DNA of 64,000 bases from Schmidtea polychroa (lineage: Eukaryota): positions 32,302,001 to 32,366,000 of the forward strand of contig CM097888.1 in the NCBI GenBank assembly GCA_044892525.1. The letters are read 5' to 3'. The translations under genes and the position numbers were made by a program. Below are positions 20,246 to 32,579 of the stretch, one piece after another. The notes under the pieces were generated by a model. The model saw nothing but the letters and a program-made list of their open reading frames with translations, was not told where the DNA came from and searched no databases. Position 1 is the first letter of the stretch, and every line of letters starts with the position of its first letter.

Positions 20246-22099
20246 CGAGTTAATTAGCAATTCAAATTATTATTATTAAAACAAAGAAATAAAGAAATGC
20301 ATTTAAAATATTAAGCAATAAATCTTTAAATAAATGATGTGGTAGTAAAAAAAGAGTAACTATCGAGAACTAATAGCTGAAACTGATAAGCTTTTGAATA
20401 AGCTTTTGAATATTCCAGTTTTGTCGTAAACTCAAATTCAAATATATATAAGAATAATCTTAAATTTTGGTAACAATTTTACTTACAAATTTTTACATTA
20501 AGAAAGATACAGAAATGTACGCTTGTTTCTGATAATATTCTAATTTATTTATATTGCTAATTTTAAAATTGATATTAATAATTTTGTGATAAAATTTTTG
20601 TCTCAAGTGCCTGGTTCGTTGTTGGTGTGATTTAATTTTCCTCGTCGCAAACGTACTGTTTTGACATCTTGGCACCAGTTGTGAAGGTGGTAGAAGTGAG
20701 TAAGAGACTAATTCTATTCTTAGAACTTACAACTGTCCCTATCCTATCCTCATTCAAATCTTATTGAGTTTTTCCAGTTCCTCATTATAGAAATAAAAAT
20801 TTTATACTAATAAATGTTGAAATATATTGCTCAAATTTAATTGATGACTCAACTTTCACTGAAGATTCTTATGTAGATAAATAATGATAAGAGTAGTAAA
20901 AATTAAAATTATTCATTCAATATCAAAAATTACCAAGTAACAACCAATTCTTTCAGTTCATTAATTTGATCGGTAATTATTGCCGAAATTTTAAAATAGA
21001 TGGTTGTTATGTCGTTGTTATTTGTGTATCGGTTATATTATTCGTGTTCAAAACGTTGTGTAGAACGTTCATGTTTGTACAATTTTATTAACCCTTTTCA
21101 GCTCATGTTAGAAAGGTCGTTTTCTTTTGGAATAATTTTTGGGCGAATTGACTGGGTTTAGCATGCGTAATTATACTTATTTTTAATTCTAAATAATTTT
21201 TTTACCTGCTAAAAAATAGATATTTACTAATCATTATCTTGTTCACCCGCTTAAAATTATTATTTTTATATTATGTGTTATTAATGGTGTTTATTAATGG
21301 TGTTATTAAGGATATATATCTTATAGTCAAAAATATTTTCATTAAATACATTATTCGCAGCAAAAGGCTTAAATTATCACTTTATTGTTTTAAATAATAA
21401 ATGTTGCTACCAAGAAATCATCACTTTATGTTTTATACACATGAAATATTTTATAGCCAGACTTCAAATGGTCTTGTCCGTTTGGTTTCTGTCGCCATAA
21501 TATTATAAAACTATGACCCTGGGCACAAGTTCGATGATGTTTTGATCATATTACTATTTCGTGTTTGAACAATTCAAAAGATGTTGAGTCTTACTCAATT
21601 TTGGCATTTGTATTTTTTTTAAATTCTTAAAGTTATTTTCAATGTTTATTTAATTTTTTATTCTTAATTTTATTTGCATTATTATTATTCTAATGTTTAT
21701 TTAATAAATATAAAGTTTTTCGAGTCTTTAAATGTATTTTTTTCAAAAATACCCCGTTGATATTTTCAATGTTTATTTAATTTTTTATTCTTAATTTTAT
21801 TTGCATTATTATTATTCTAATGTTTATTTAATAAATATAAAGTTTTTCGAGTCTTTAAATGTATTTTTTTCAAAAATACCCCGTTGATAGCGATATTTCG
21901 CTTAACCCGATCATATCCAAAGAGTATCCCCGCATTGAACGGGGGTTACCTGTATAGTAATTTTTAATTACTATTTTTATTTTAATTCTAATGTTAGTAA
22001 ATATTAATAATTTATTTTATATATTTTTCTAAAAATTCCTGGCTCCTAATGAACCCCAACATTATGCCACATTAAAAACTAAAATCGGTTTAATCAAAA

Positions 22100-23708
22100 T
22101 CTGTATTCCATACAAAAAGAAATTATAAATTTTTAGTCTATTTTATTACTTTTCTTCAGAAAATATGATTTCAAAAAACATAGACTGTCCACTGAACGAT
22201 TACTTAATCTTGTTCTTATTTTGGAAACAATATTCCCTCAAATAGAAAATACTCTTTCACTGGCTACTGAACTTGGTTTAATGGCTTTCAGGGCATCAAA
22301 TAATAAATCTAAATTCCTTGTTCTTTTATTGGTTGCCTCATATTGAAAATTCAGTTTTCAGTGTCTTTGCATTTGAATTGACTTTTCCATGGCTTCTTTT
22401 AGAACTTTGTCATTGCCCCGATTATAAGTTTCTCGGCCTCCTCCAATATATTCATCTTCATCTTCAGAATCTGTTTCCCTTTCCACTGAAGAATTTGTAT
22501 ATATTATGAATAATATTTTTTCAGATAACTTAATAATATCCAATTTTGAAGCTTGTGGGAGTACACTACCAACACAAACCGAAGTTTTATTCGCTGAAAG
22601 GTTTTGTGGATTTTGCAAATATTGTAAAAGGGATATCAATCCAACTTGTTTTTTTTTCATTTATTCGAATTAGTAAAGCATTTAAAAATTCGGAACTAAT
22701 ATCAGTCTTTAAATTTTTTTAGTTCAATTAATAAAAATTCAAATATGCCTTCACTTCTTATTAAATTGGAATATCGCCTCCCTAAAGCCTCAGCTGCTAG
22801 ACGTATTGGTCCCAATATTTTAACAAGCTCAATGATTGTAGGATATTGAGCTTCGTTCCACATATGAGAAGCTCCAATATCATTCAAAGCTAAAACAACA
22901 CATTCTTTTAAAGTTTTAAATCTTTCAACCATGGCTTCTAAACTATTCCATCTCGTTTGGCAGTCTAGTATCAGACTTAATTTCTTTCCTTTTTCTTGTT
23001 TAACGTAATTCTGAAGAATGCTATCTCTAATAGGAGATTTTCTAAAAAATTTGCAAATTTTTCTAATTTGGGAAATTGATTCTCAGTCAAACAACATATG
23101 CAATTTTCTGTCATTATCCAGCTCATAGGAATTAAAAAAATCCTCGCCATACTTATCTTCGCACTCTAATGGCTCCATGCCATCTTCCGATTCATGACTT
23201 TTAGTTGTAGCATATACATCGAGTTCAGCAATTTCTTTATTTTTATATAACACATCAGTAACTGCTAAGTGTATGGGGTGTGAATAGCATTGCTGATCAA
23301 TTATAGGTGATAAATGACCAAATTTGTTCATAACAGCAGTACCATCATTTGTCGCTGCAACTATATCGGTTGCTAGATTCAAATTAAATTTTTTTTGCCT
23401 CTCGGAAAATAATTCTAATGTTTTCTTAGCATCGCAGGAACTAGCTATTGAAACTAATCCCAAATTAAAATCTTCCGCTAAATGGTGTACATCTATAGTT
23501 ATAGAAACTTTTTTCTTTAATTGACATCAGACCAGTCATATTTAAATTTGTATAATTGTAAACTTCATCAACTAAATAATTTAATTATTTTCACAAATTA
23601 AGATGGTAACTAAAACCGGTTTTTCCGTTTAAAACCCGTTTTTCAAATTTTAAAAAATTAGCAAAAAACTGGTTTTCATTACTGGTTTTAAAAAACCGAC
23701 AAACCCTA
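22100..23708 (-). mobile_element. Degenerate hAT transposon
   Basis: Fragments FSITID, ATNDGTAVM, CYSHPIHLAVTDVLY, LGPIRLAAEALGRR; TAGGGTTTGTCGG-type terminus at about 23708 with subterminal AAAACC repeats. Confidence 0.75.
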
Positions 23709-23812
23709 ATTTCTACATAGTTGTCAAGGTAAGTAACCATGCGTATAATGTTGTTCAAAATAAGCTAATAATCATTTAGCGTTTTGGGAAAACTTAGTCA
23801 TCGTATATCAAG

Positions 23813-24460
23813 TGTTGGGCTAAAAACCGGAAGGTCCGATGTTTAATTGTTTTTAAGTAATGAAAATAAAAACTTTAGGTATAAGATGGATTGAGGAAAT
23901 CAGTTAAGTAAAAGAAAATAAAGAATAAGGAAAAAAGAAATAATAAATAATAAATAAAATAAAATGATAAATAAACTCATTAAAAATTAAATATACAGCG
24001 AAAAACCTTTGAACAAGTAAAACACACAATCGTAACTAACAAGCAAAGAAAACACATAATTATAACTAAAAATCAGAATAAAATAATTAAGAGGAAATAG
24101 AATCCAAAAAACACCAAGATCAAAAGATTAATAGTAAAACAAATAATAATTAATAAAAAACAATAAATAGGAAAATAAAGAGAAAAGATAAAATCATAAA
24201 CAGAAAGACCAACAGGATCCAACAAAAGAAAGAGAAAATAGGCAAAATTAAATAATTAAATAAATTACAAAATAAAATAAATAAGAAAAAAACATTAAGA
24301 AAAGTATTAAAAAGAGTAAAAAATAGAAAAAATACAATTTCATACAATAGTTGGATCCTGTTTGGACGAAATCTAGTATATAAGAAAGCTAATTAACTGA
24401 TTCCCTCAATTGTTAACTTTTCAACTTAGATTAGAATCTTAACTTCTCAACCTAGCATAT
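23813..24460 (+). mobile_element. LTR-like A-rich fragment with TATA box and nested inverted repeats
   Basis: TGTTGGGCT at 23813, A-rich tract, TAGTATATAAG at about 24374; inverted pairs 23891-907/24393-409 and 24209-223/24350-365. Confidence 0.45.
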
Positions 24461-24468
24461 TATTTAAA

Positions 24469-27113
24469 GCCGTGCTTCCCAACGTTTATCAATCTATCAC
24501 ATATTTATAGAAAAAAACTCAAGTTTTGCAAAAAAAAATATTTTTAATAAAGTTATACATTTATATCACTTTATGTTTTTAATGGTAACCATCGATGAAA
24601 AGCTTTGTTCACAGATGTAGGTAGTAGCGAATGGTAACAGAATTTCAATTACTTTTTTTGAAATAGTTGGGAATTCCTTCTTAGCGATTAACCAAAACTG
24701 AGATATTGGAATATTGTCTTTATATTGAAGCTCACGATCATTTTTTAAATCTATTAGTTCTTCTTTTTGTTTCATCGATAAGTTTTGCGAAGATTCTTCA
24801 GATGGCAAAATAAAAGGATTTCGAACCCAATCAAATTCAATCAACTTATTTGATTTAAAATAATGCTACAGCTTTTCTTCAAGTAAATATAGATGCTGCT
24901 CCACAAGTTTGAATATTTGCTTACCAAGATTTAAAGTAGAACACCTATTAAACATAGAAATTTTACCAATTTTCACTTCATTAATCCACAGCTTAATTTT
25001 GGTCTTAAATCCATTTATTTTATCAGTGCAACTGAGTGTTGAGGTCCGTAAATTAAAATTTAAATTTAAATGAAATTTAGAATAATAATTCAAATAGAAA
25101 GTAAGCAAAGAAAAAAGACAAATAAAAGCGGGATCGCGCACAGAATCAATAGTAAAGGAAAGTGTGATGGAAACAGTATTAGAAAATGCCAAAAGCAATT
25201 ACGAAAGGCAAGAATCCGGAAATCCGAGAAAAATCAATAAATGAAAAAATAATCGAAATCGAATGGGAAAAACGGGACAGGTATAGATTAGCTAATGGTC
25301 AACAAGATGATGATTAGGGATTTATCAGAAAATGGTTAGGAAGGGTCGAAAAACATTCAAAGGTATGAAAACAGAAAACGTTAATTAATTAATTAATTGA
25401 CTAATGGAAAACCCGAGCTAATGGGAAACCCGAGCCAATGGAGAACCCGAGAGATAAAGGAAACCCGAGCTGGGTAAACAAGAAGAAAAGCAAACAGAAG
25501 GAAGATTTGGGCCCATTAGCTTGACACAATGATTAATGGGAAAAGAGTAAGGAGAAGATAGCGCGCGTAGGAAGACCGGTAGGGCCATTAATAATCTGGA
25601 TTCGTTGGACCATTATGTGTGACAGCCGAAGCAAATACGTAGGAGAAAATGTCAAACGAAAGATTGGCTCGGCAATAACCATTTGTCATCCTGATTTCGA
25701 GGAGTATATAAGCAAAGGGAAAATCAGAGAAAATCGGCATTTTGCCTCAGCTAGGGTTCGAAGAATCAGACTGTAGGAAAAGTTGGTAAACGAATTAGGG
25801 AAAGTAGGGAAAAGAAGAAACAGAATTAAGAATACGAAAAGGTGAAAAGGAATCAAACCAAACAGAAACCGAGGAAAACGAAAGTCAAGCGAATCTAAAG
25901 GATTAAAAGGTGAATATTATTTGTTTGCAGAGCATCAACGCCGAGCGGAGAATCGTATAAAACTTTGATCAGTAAGTGTAGCGTGATAAGAAATTGTGAA
26001 CCTGTTGTTTCAATATACGTTGGGTCGTTCATTGTTTTGATTTAAAGAACACTAGGAGTCAGAGAGAACCGACTTGAAATAATCCAAAACCCAACATGAG
26101 TATATTTTCATTTTTTCCTTGCATTTTACGATTAAGCTCGTTAAGATGTTCATATATATCAGCTAAATACGCAGACGTTATCTTTCAAAATTTTTTGATA
26201 AAAAGTGTCATTCTCGAAAAAAGTTTTTAATTCCTCAAGCTCATAAACTCTTGACATAACTCTTCCACTTGACAGCAAGCGCACTTCAGTATGAAAAAGT
26301 AAAGTCTGATGTTCGGACCCCATTGAGAATAAAATTGAGAAAAACCAAGATTGAAGTGGCCTAGATTCAATCACGTTTACCATTTTAACTATTTCGTTTA
26401 ACGTGATATTTAGATCTTCTGGTAACTTTGAGACATAAGAGCTTCCCTGTGGATAAAACAGTGTATTATTTGAATTTCATGATTTTCAGAGAGAACTTTA
26501 GTCACCAAGCTTTTAACAGTTCCTGTCATTGCAGCTGCACCATCTGTACATAAGCTAATACAATTTTTCCAATATATATTGCTATTGACAAAATACTCGT
26601 TGATTACTTTAAATATTTCTTCCCCAGTTGTTCGATTGGGAAGTTCTTTGCAAAATAAATAATGTACTTTCATTTCTTTTTCTTCACAAATTCGAACAAA
26701 TACCATAAGCTGAGCACAATTACTACACAATTACTAGATTCATCAACCTGTATCGAAAAAATTTCAGAATCTTTAATTATTTGTATTAACGTTGATTCTA
26801 TGTCAATAGACATTTCGTTAATACGCCTACTAATTGTATTATTAGAAAGTGGCACCTATTAAATTTCTTTTGCTTCTTTGTCTCCAAACATATGTCGAAC
26901 AATTTTTATGCAAGATGGTAGAATTAAAGATTCAGCTATAATGTGCGGTTTTTTAGCTTTAGCTACTAATTTTACAACATTGTAGCTAGCTTCTTGAGCA
27001 CGTCTTGAAACTGTGGTTGCTGAATTCATAAAAATACTTTGTTTTTTATTATCAATTTGCATTCGTTTAAAAAAATCAACACTCTTTACATCATAATTGG
27101 AATGTATAGCCAT
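24469..27113 (-). pseudogene. Buster/ZBED5-like hAT transposase, frameshifted and interrupted by a solo LTR
   Basis: KAKKPHIIAESLILP, PLSNNTISRRI, FSIQVDES, CTDGAAAMTG, HCFIHREAL, HTEVRLLSSG, LPFATTYICEQSFS. GKNENILSCTDK is restored when 25037-26096 plus one TSD is removed. Confidence 0.9.
25037..26096 (+). mobile_element. Solo LTR, 1060 bp, 4-bp TSD
   Basis: TGTTGAGG...CCCAACA; TGAG duplicated at 25033-36 and 26097-100; four 17-18-bp AAACCCGAG-type repeats 25401-25469; GATTGG 25662; TATATAA 25705. Confidence 0.9.
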
Positions 27114-27950
27114 TTAGCGGAAGATTTTAATTTGGGATTAGTTTCAATAGCTACATGAGGGAGTAACGTCAATAGTCATAATGAGCGTTTAGGAAGAAGT
27201 CCCCTGGTGACTAGAAATCGCTACCCTAGCAACCAACATCACGACACACCCCTAAGCACCCAACACAAGTAACTCTGACAATCGAAGCCAAGATAACCCT
27301 GAAACATCAACAGAACCCTTGCCACATTACCACATTTTGAAATAATGGGCCTCCTGGGATTACTAATCTTCCGCACATACAATTACACTATATAATTGAT
27401 TTGATTTTAGATTTGAATTGATACATTTGATTACATGTCATTTAAATTTAATATTTGCTATATATAATCTATTCAATGTTTTTATTGAGTTTAAATATTT
27501 TCATGGCTCTTTTCTGAAAATAAGTTAAGAATACTAAACACAGTGAAAAGCATAAAAGATTTTACTAATAAACATAAATTATACTGAACAATTATGGATC
27601 AAATAATTTGTTTTCTTTTTTAAGTTATAAGTCACAATATTAAGATTATTAAATAAAGAATAAACTTTGTAAACATTTAAAATTTTATATCCTTATAAAA
27701 AATGCTTATATAATGCTAATAAAAATTCTTATATAACTGTATTAAGATGACTTTCACATTAGAATAATCTCATCTTTTATCCAATAAAAATCTTGTTTAA
27801 AATTTTCATTTATTTTAATTGTTTATATTTCATACGTCAAATTTTATCATTTAGTACTCAACTAAAAATTTTTCGCTAAGTTATGAAGTGTTAATTTATA
27901 TTTTCCAAGGTATTTTATCCTATTAATCATTACAATTGGTTTTATTTTAG

Positions 27951-30900
27951 ATGAGAAAATTAATTTTTATTTTTCTTATTTTCCATGTTCATATTTTTAC
28001 TTGCACAAAAATACCCAAGCTCTTACGATGCACTGATGAAACATGTGAAGATAGAATTTCAACTGGCAGAATTATTAAATCTGCAAATTCTAAATACGGA
28101 AATCTGGATGTTTTGAAGAGTTCATCTATGGTATATGTAAGAGGTAAAAACGTTGATTCACAAAATACCCTTTGGTTAGTAGAGCAAGAAGGATATTATG
28201 GATTCGTAGATCTTTCGTTCATAAAAGAAATAAAAAATACTGTAATTGAAGAATTGATGATTGTTCAAAATCCTTATGATACTAAAGTTGATGAAACTGA
28301 AGACAGTGATGATTCCACAAATAATGTGGGTTTGTTCTCAAACGAAAATGCCAAAAACACTGATTTACTCATGGAGAATGATGAAACAGAAAACTTCAGT
28401 GAGATGAATTCTACAATAAAATCTAATAAAGAAAATTCAGACAATATAAAAAATGCTGAAGTTATGAATAAGCTTCTAAATAATAATATAACTACTTTGA
28501 ATTCACAAAATAATGATAAATTAGAAACCAATAAGGCAAATATTAATGATAAAATTAATAAAGAAAACGCCAAAATAATTGAAAGTTCGAATTCAAACAA
28601 TGGTATTGTCAATTCAGTTAATATCCATAAAGAAGAAATATTAAATTCTAAAAAGGTTCAAGATCCCGCGAAGAAAGACAGCATTTCTCAAGATATAAAA
28701 TCAGAAGTCAACCATGTCAAAACTGTTGACGTTAATGATGGACAGAAGTCAGTTAAGAAAATTGATTCTAAAGAGAAATTGGAACCACCGAAAGTAGTAA
28801 AAGATGTTAAAGTTAATAATGCAAAAGAACAACCAATAGTTATAAATGATGATAAAGATGACAAATCAGGTGAGAAAAGGAATTTACCCAACATTAATCA
28901 ACAAAATAGTGATAAGCATACAAAAATTCCGGATAAAATCGTCGACAATAGCCTTCAGAATTCAGAAAACGATTCAAAATCCAAAATAAATACCAAGCTT
29001 TCTCAAAATCTTCCTGTGGGTAGTAAGGTGGAAATTGGATCGTTAGAGATCTCTCAGATCACAATTAAAAATGAAAAACAAGTTCCCGAAACCCAAAAAG
29101 TCGCAGAACAAGGTGAAAGTAAAAAAACTAAAATAATCGATTCTTCCAAAGTCAATCCAGAAAAGAAGGTAACTCGAAACTCGAAACCGATTGAAAATAT
29201 TGATATGAAACTAGAAAAGACTGAAAATGTTGAATCGCCTAATAGTTTAAAATTTGAAAAGCTACCAGGATCTCCACCAAATAATGCTGCAAGTGAAAAT
29301 CCGATAAAACAAATTCCATCGAAAATCAATTTATCAACAGAGAAGCCAAATATACAAGTAAAGTCGATCGAAAACAGTGAAAACTCGGATAATACCAAAA
29401 CTATCGATTTTCCCAATAGCTTAGAATCTGAAAAGCTGTTGAATAAAGTTGTCAATGAAAATCCCGATAAACAAATTACACCAAAAATTGATCCGATAGT
29501 GGAAAATTCAATTCCAAAAATTCAATTAAAATCCACCGATAACAGTAGCAACAAGCACTCCAATACATTAGAAAATTCTGGCGAATCAACTACTGAAAGC
29601 AAAATTTTACAAACAGCCAATGAAGAATTAATGAAGAAGAGAGACATGAAAAACATTCCAACAGAGCCTATTAAAACTTTAGAAAATAACTCAGAATATC
29701 CAGTTCATTCCAAATCAGATCAAAAATCATCAGAATCAGTAATTGATAATCTATATAGTAAAAATCAAAATATTCAATCGAATGAAAACAAAATTGATCA
29801 ATCACAGAAAATGACAGTTGAAATCAATAATTCCAAATCAGATCAAAAATTATCAGAATCAACAAATGAGAATCTGTCCAATAAAAATCAGAATATTCAA
29901 TCGAATGAAATCAATGAAAACAAAATTGACCAATCGCAGAAAAAGTCGGTTGAAATCGATAATTCCAAATCAGACCAAAAATCATCAGAATCCACAATTG
30001 AGAATCTGTCCAATAAAAATCAGAATATTCAATCGAATGAAATCAATGAAAACAAAATTGACCAATCGCAGAAAAAGTCGGTTGAAATCGATAATTCCAA
30101 ATCAGACCAAAAATCATCAGAATCCACAATTGAGAATCTGTCCAATAAAAATCAGAATATTCAATCGAATGAAATCAATGAAAACAAAATTGACCAATCG
30201 CAGAAAAAGTCGGTTGAAATCGATAATTCCAAATCAGACCAAAAATCATCAGAATCCACAATTGAGAATCTGTCCAATAAAAATCAGAATATTCAATCGA
30301 ATGAAATCAATGAAAACAAAATTGACCAATCGCAGAAAAAGTCGGTTGAAATCGATAATTCCAAATCAGACCAAAAATCATCAGAATCCACAATTGAGAA
30401 TCTGTCCAATAAAAATCAGAACATTCAATCGAAGGAAATCAATGAAAACAAAATTGATCAATCGCAGAAAAAGACAGTTGAAATCAATAATTCCAAATCA
30501 GATCAAAAATCATCAGAATCAACAAATGAGAATCTGTCCAATAAAAATCAGAACATTCAATCGAAGGAAATCAATGAAAACAAAATTGACCAATCGCAGA
30601 AAAAGTCGGCTGAAATCGATAATTCCAAATCAGTTCAAAAATCATCAGAATCAACAATTGAAAATCTGTCCAATAAAAATCAGAACATTCAATCAATAGA
30701 AATCAATGAAAGAAAAACTGATCAATCAGGAGAAAAATCACACGAAATCAATAATCAATCCCAATCGGATAATAATTTACCAACAAAAACTTTGGTCAAT
30801 GAAAAAGGAACCAATTCAAAATTGAAATTCGAGAATAATAATAATAATAAAAAGCAAATAAAACAAAGTTTATACAGTGAAAAATCGGTTAAATTAACGC

Positions 30901-32579
30901 GTGACATGCAAATTGCAAATGAAGGATCAATGAAAGGTGATCCTTGGTTGGATAACAGTGGGCGGCCGGTTCACGATATTCACGATACCGACACTCAAAT
31001 AAGGTCGCCGCTCATCAAGCTAATTATGAAAATCGATATCCTTTCACAACTCGGTATCAAATACGTCGCATCGAAACTCGGATTTGATTCATCCAGTAAA
31101 CTGAACCAATTCACCAATCATTGGTTGCAAATGCCGCTCGAAGGCTTCATTTCGATTTTCCTCCTCTTTTCAGTTATTTTCCTCACTGTCTATACGCCGA
31201 AACTATTGAAATTCAATCGGGACTGGAAAACGGAACTGATCCGCCAATCCCAGCTGTTGAAAGAGCTCGAACTGAAACAGCAAACCACCGAAGAAGTTCG
31301 TCACAAACTCACAGTGCAAAATCACAATTTCGAGAAAGTGATCGATGAATACAAACAGAAAATCAATGAGATCCAAGAGGATTCAGCGAAAAACAGAAAA
31401 ACCGTCATATTAGAAATTGAGAAGATCAAAAAATCCAATGAATCGAATGTAAAAAACCTGATGAATGATTTGGCCAATAAAAACCAACAATGCCAATTAT
31501 TGGAGAATGATGTGTTCAATAAAACAAATATCATCGAAAATCTCGAAGAAGACAAACGACAAATGGAATTGCAATTCGACGATGAGAAATCCCAGCTGGA
31601 AGTGGAGTTATCGGAAAATAAGCGAGAATTGAATCGGATTGGTTGTTTAAATGACCAATTGAAACAGTCATTCCAGCAGTTGTCAATGGAAACCGGGGAA
31701 TTGAAAGCGAGAATCGACGAATTAAACGAGGAAATCATCTCGAGAAATGACTCGTATTCTCAGCTGGAGAAATCATTTGAACATTTGAAAGTATTCGAAG
31801 GATTGAATTATGAAGAATTCAACGAGCGGAAATCGATATATTTGGATTTAACCCAAACGAAACAGCGATTGGAATCAACCGAACGAAACCTGGAACAATT
31901 GAACGAGACCTTGCAAATCAAGAGCGAATTAATCCAACAACTGGAACAGGAGAAAATCGATATGAAACAGACGGTAAATCGATACGAAATCGAGAAATCG
32001 CTGGCAATCCAGGAGAAAGAAGCGGCAGAAATGAAATTGCAGGTTTTGACGGAATATTTCAAATCGAAAGAAGTGGAAATGGCAAAAACGCTTGGCCACC
32101 AGGTGATCGAGAGCACCCAATCGATGGATCAATTGGATTTCCTGAAGCATCGAATCCGGAATTTGGAGTCGGAAAATGAGGAGCTGTCGAAATCCGGGCA
32201 GAAATTGAAATCGGAAATCAAAGAAGCTCAAACTTTCGCAACAAAGTGCAAAACCGAAGCCAATGAAGAGATCAATCGATTGTTTTTGAGAAATGTGAAT
32301 TTGGAGCGAAGTTTACAAACGGAAAAGGAGGAGAATAAGAAACTTCGTACGAAATTGTCGCATTATTGCGGGCCAACTCCACCTCGGAATCAGACAGCAA
32401 TTCCTTACAATCACAACAAAGATCGGCCGCCATCTAGACAGTCGGGAATCAGTGAGCCTGTTACGACATTTGTACCGTTATCATTCATACCATTCACTTC
32501 ACCTCAGTCACCCATTCCCAACACCAATCAGTTCTCCGGAAGGAATTCTGTTAATTCTAAAAAATCTAATAATACATGA
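27951..32579 (+). CDS. MIA3: TANGO1/MIA3-like ER exit-site cargo receptor
   Basis: Signal peptide; MIA-type SH3 (RCTDETC...VYVRGK...LWLVEQEGYYGFVD); long lumenal region; TM GFISIFLLFSVIFLTVY; coiled coils with KLQVLTEYFKSKE; Pro-rich tail. Confidence 0.88.
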   Translation: MRKLIFIFLIFHVHIFTCTKIPKLLRCTDETCEDRISTGRIIKSANSKYGNLDVLKSSSMVYVRGKNVDSQNTLWLVEQEGYYGFVDLSFIKEIKNTVIEELMIVQNPYDTKVDETEDSDDSTNNVGLFSNENAKNTDLLMENDETENFSEMNSTIKSNKENSDNIKNAEVMNKLLNNNITTLNSQNNDKLETNKANINDKINKENAKIIESSNSNNGIVNSVNIHKEEILNSKKVQDPAKKDSISQDIKSEVNHVKTVDVNDGQKSVKKIDSKEKLEPPKVVKDVKVNNAKEQPIVINDDKDDKSGEKRNLPNINQQNSDKHTKIPDKIVDNSLQNSENDSKSKINTKLSQNLPVGSKVEIGSLEISQITIKNEKQVPETQKVAEQGESKKTKIIDSSKVNPEKKVTRNSKPIENIDMKLEKTENVESPNSLKFEKLPGSPPNNAASENPIKQIPSKINLSTEKPNIQVKSIENSENSDNTKTIDFPNSLESEKLLNKVVNENPDKQITPKIDPIVENSIPKIQLKSTDNSSNKHSNTLENSGESTTESKILQTANEELMKKRDMKNIPTEPIKTLENNSEYPVHSKSDQKSSESVIDNLYSKNQNIQSNENKIDQSQKMTVEINNSKSDQKLSESTNENLSNKNQNIQSNEINENKIDQSQKKSVEIDNSKSDQKSSESTIENLSNKNQNIQSNEINENKIDQSQKKSVEIDNSKSDQKSSESTIENLSNKNQNIQSNEINENKIDQSQKKSVEIDNSKSDQKSSESTIENLSNKNQNIQSNEINENKIDQSQKKSVEIDNSKSDQKSSESTIENLSNKNQNIQSKEINENKIDQSQKKTVEINNSKSDQKSSESTNENLSNKNQNIQSKEINENKIDQSQKKSAEIDNSKSVQKSSESTIENLSNKNQNIQSIEINERKTDQSGEKSHEINNQSQSDNNLPTKTLVNEKGTNSKLKFENNNNNKKQIKQSLYSEKSVKLTRDMQIANEGSMKGDPWLDNSGRPVHDIHDTDTQIRSPLIKLIMKIDILSQLGIKYVASKLGFDSSSKLNQFTNHWLQMPLEGFISIFLLFSVIFLTVYTPKLLKFNRDWKTELIRQSQLLKELELKQQTTEEVRHKLTVQNHNFEKVIDEYKQKINEIQEDSAKNRKTVILEIEKIKKSNESNVKNLMNDLANKNQQCQLLENDVFNKTNIIENLEEDKRQMELQFDDEKSQLEVELSENKRELNRIGCLNDQLKQSFQQLSMETGELKARIDELNEEIISRNDSYSQLEKSFEHLKVFEGLNYEEFNERKSIYLDLTQTKQRLESTERNLEQLNETLQIKSELIQQLEQEKIDMKQTVNRYEIEKSLAIQEKEAAEMKLQVLTEYFKSKEVEMAKTLGHQVIESTQSMDQLDFLKHRIRNLESENEELSKSGQKLKSEIKEAQTFATKCKTEANEEINRLFLRNVNLERSLQTEKEENKKLRTKLSHYCGPTPPRNQTAIPYNHNKDRPPSRQSGISEPVTTFVPLSFIPFTSPQSPIPNTNQFSGRNSVNSKKSNNT
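29710..30750 (+). repeat. Coding tandem repeat, 132 bp (44 aa) x8, within TANGO1
   Basis: KSDQKSSESTIENLSNKNQNIQSNEINENKIDQSQKKSVEIDNS units; central copies near-identical. Confidence 0.95.

Noticed and set aside
21640-21890. Local tandem duplications (also 34314-34623, 51950-52080, 40800/41460)
   Set aside because: Real at sequence level, but there is no evidence of function and they may be slippage or assembly duplicates.
29818-30699. 293-aa alternative-frame ORF in the TANGO1 repeat
   Set aside because: A by-product of a 132-bp unit that lacks stops in a second frame.
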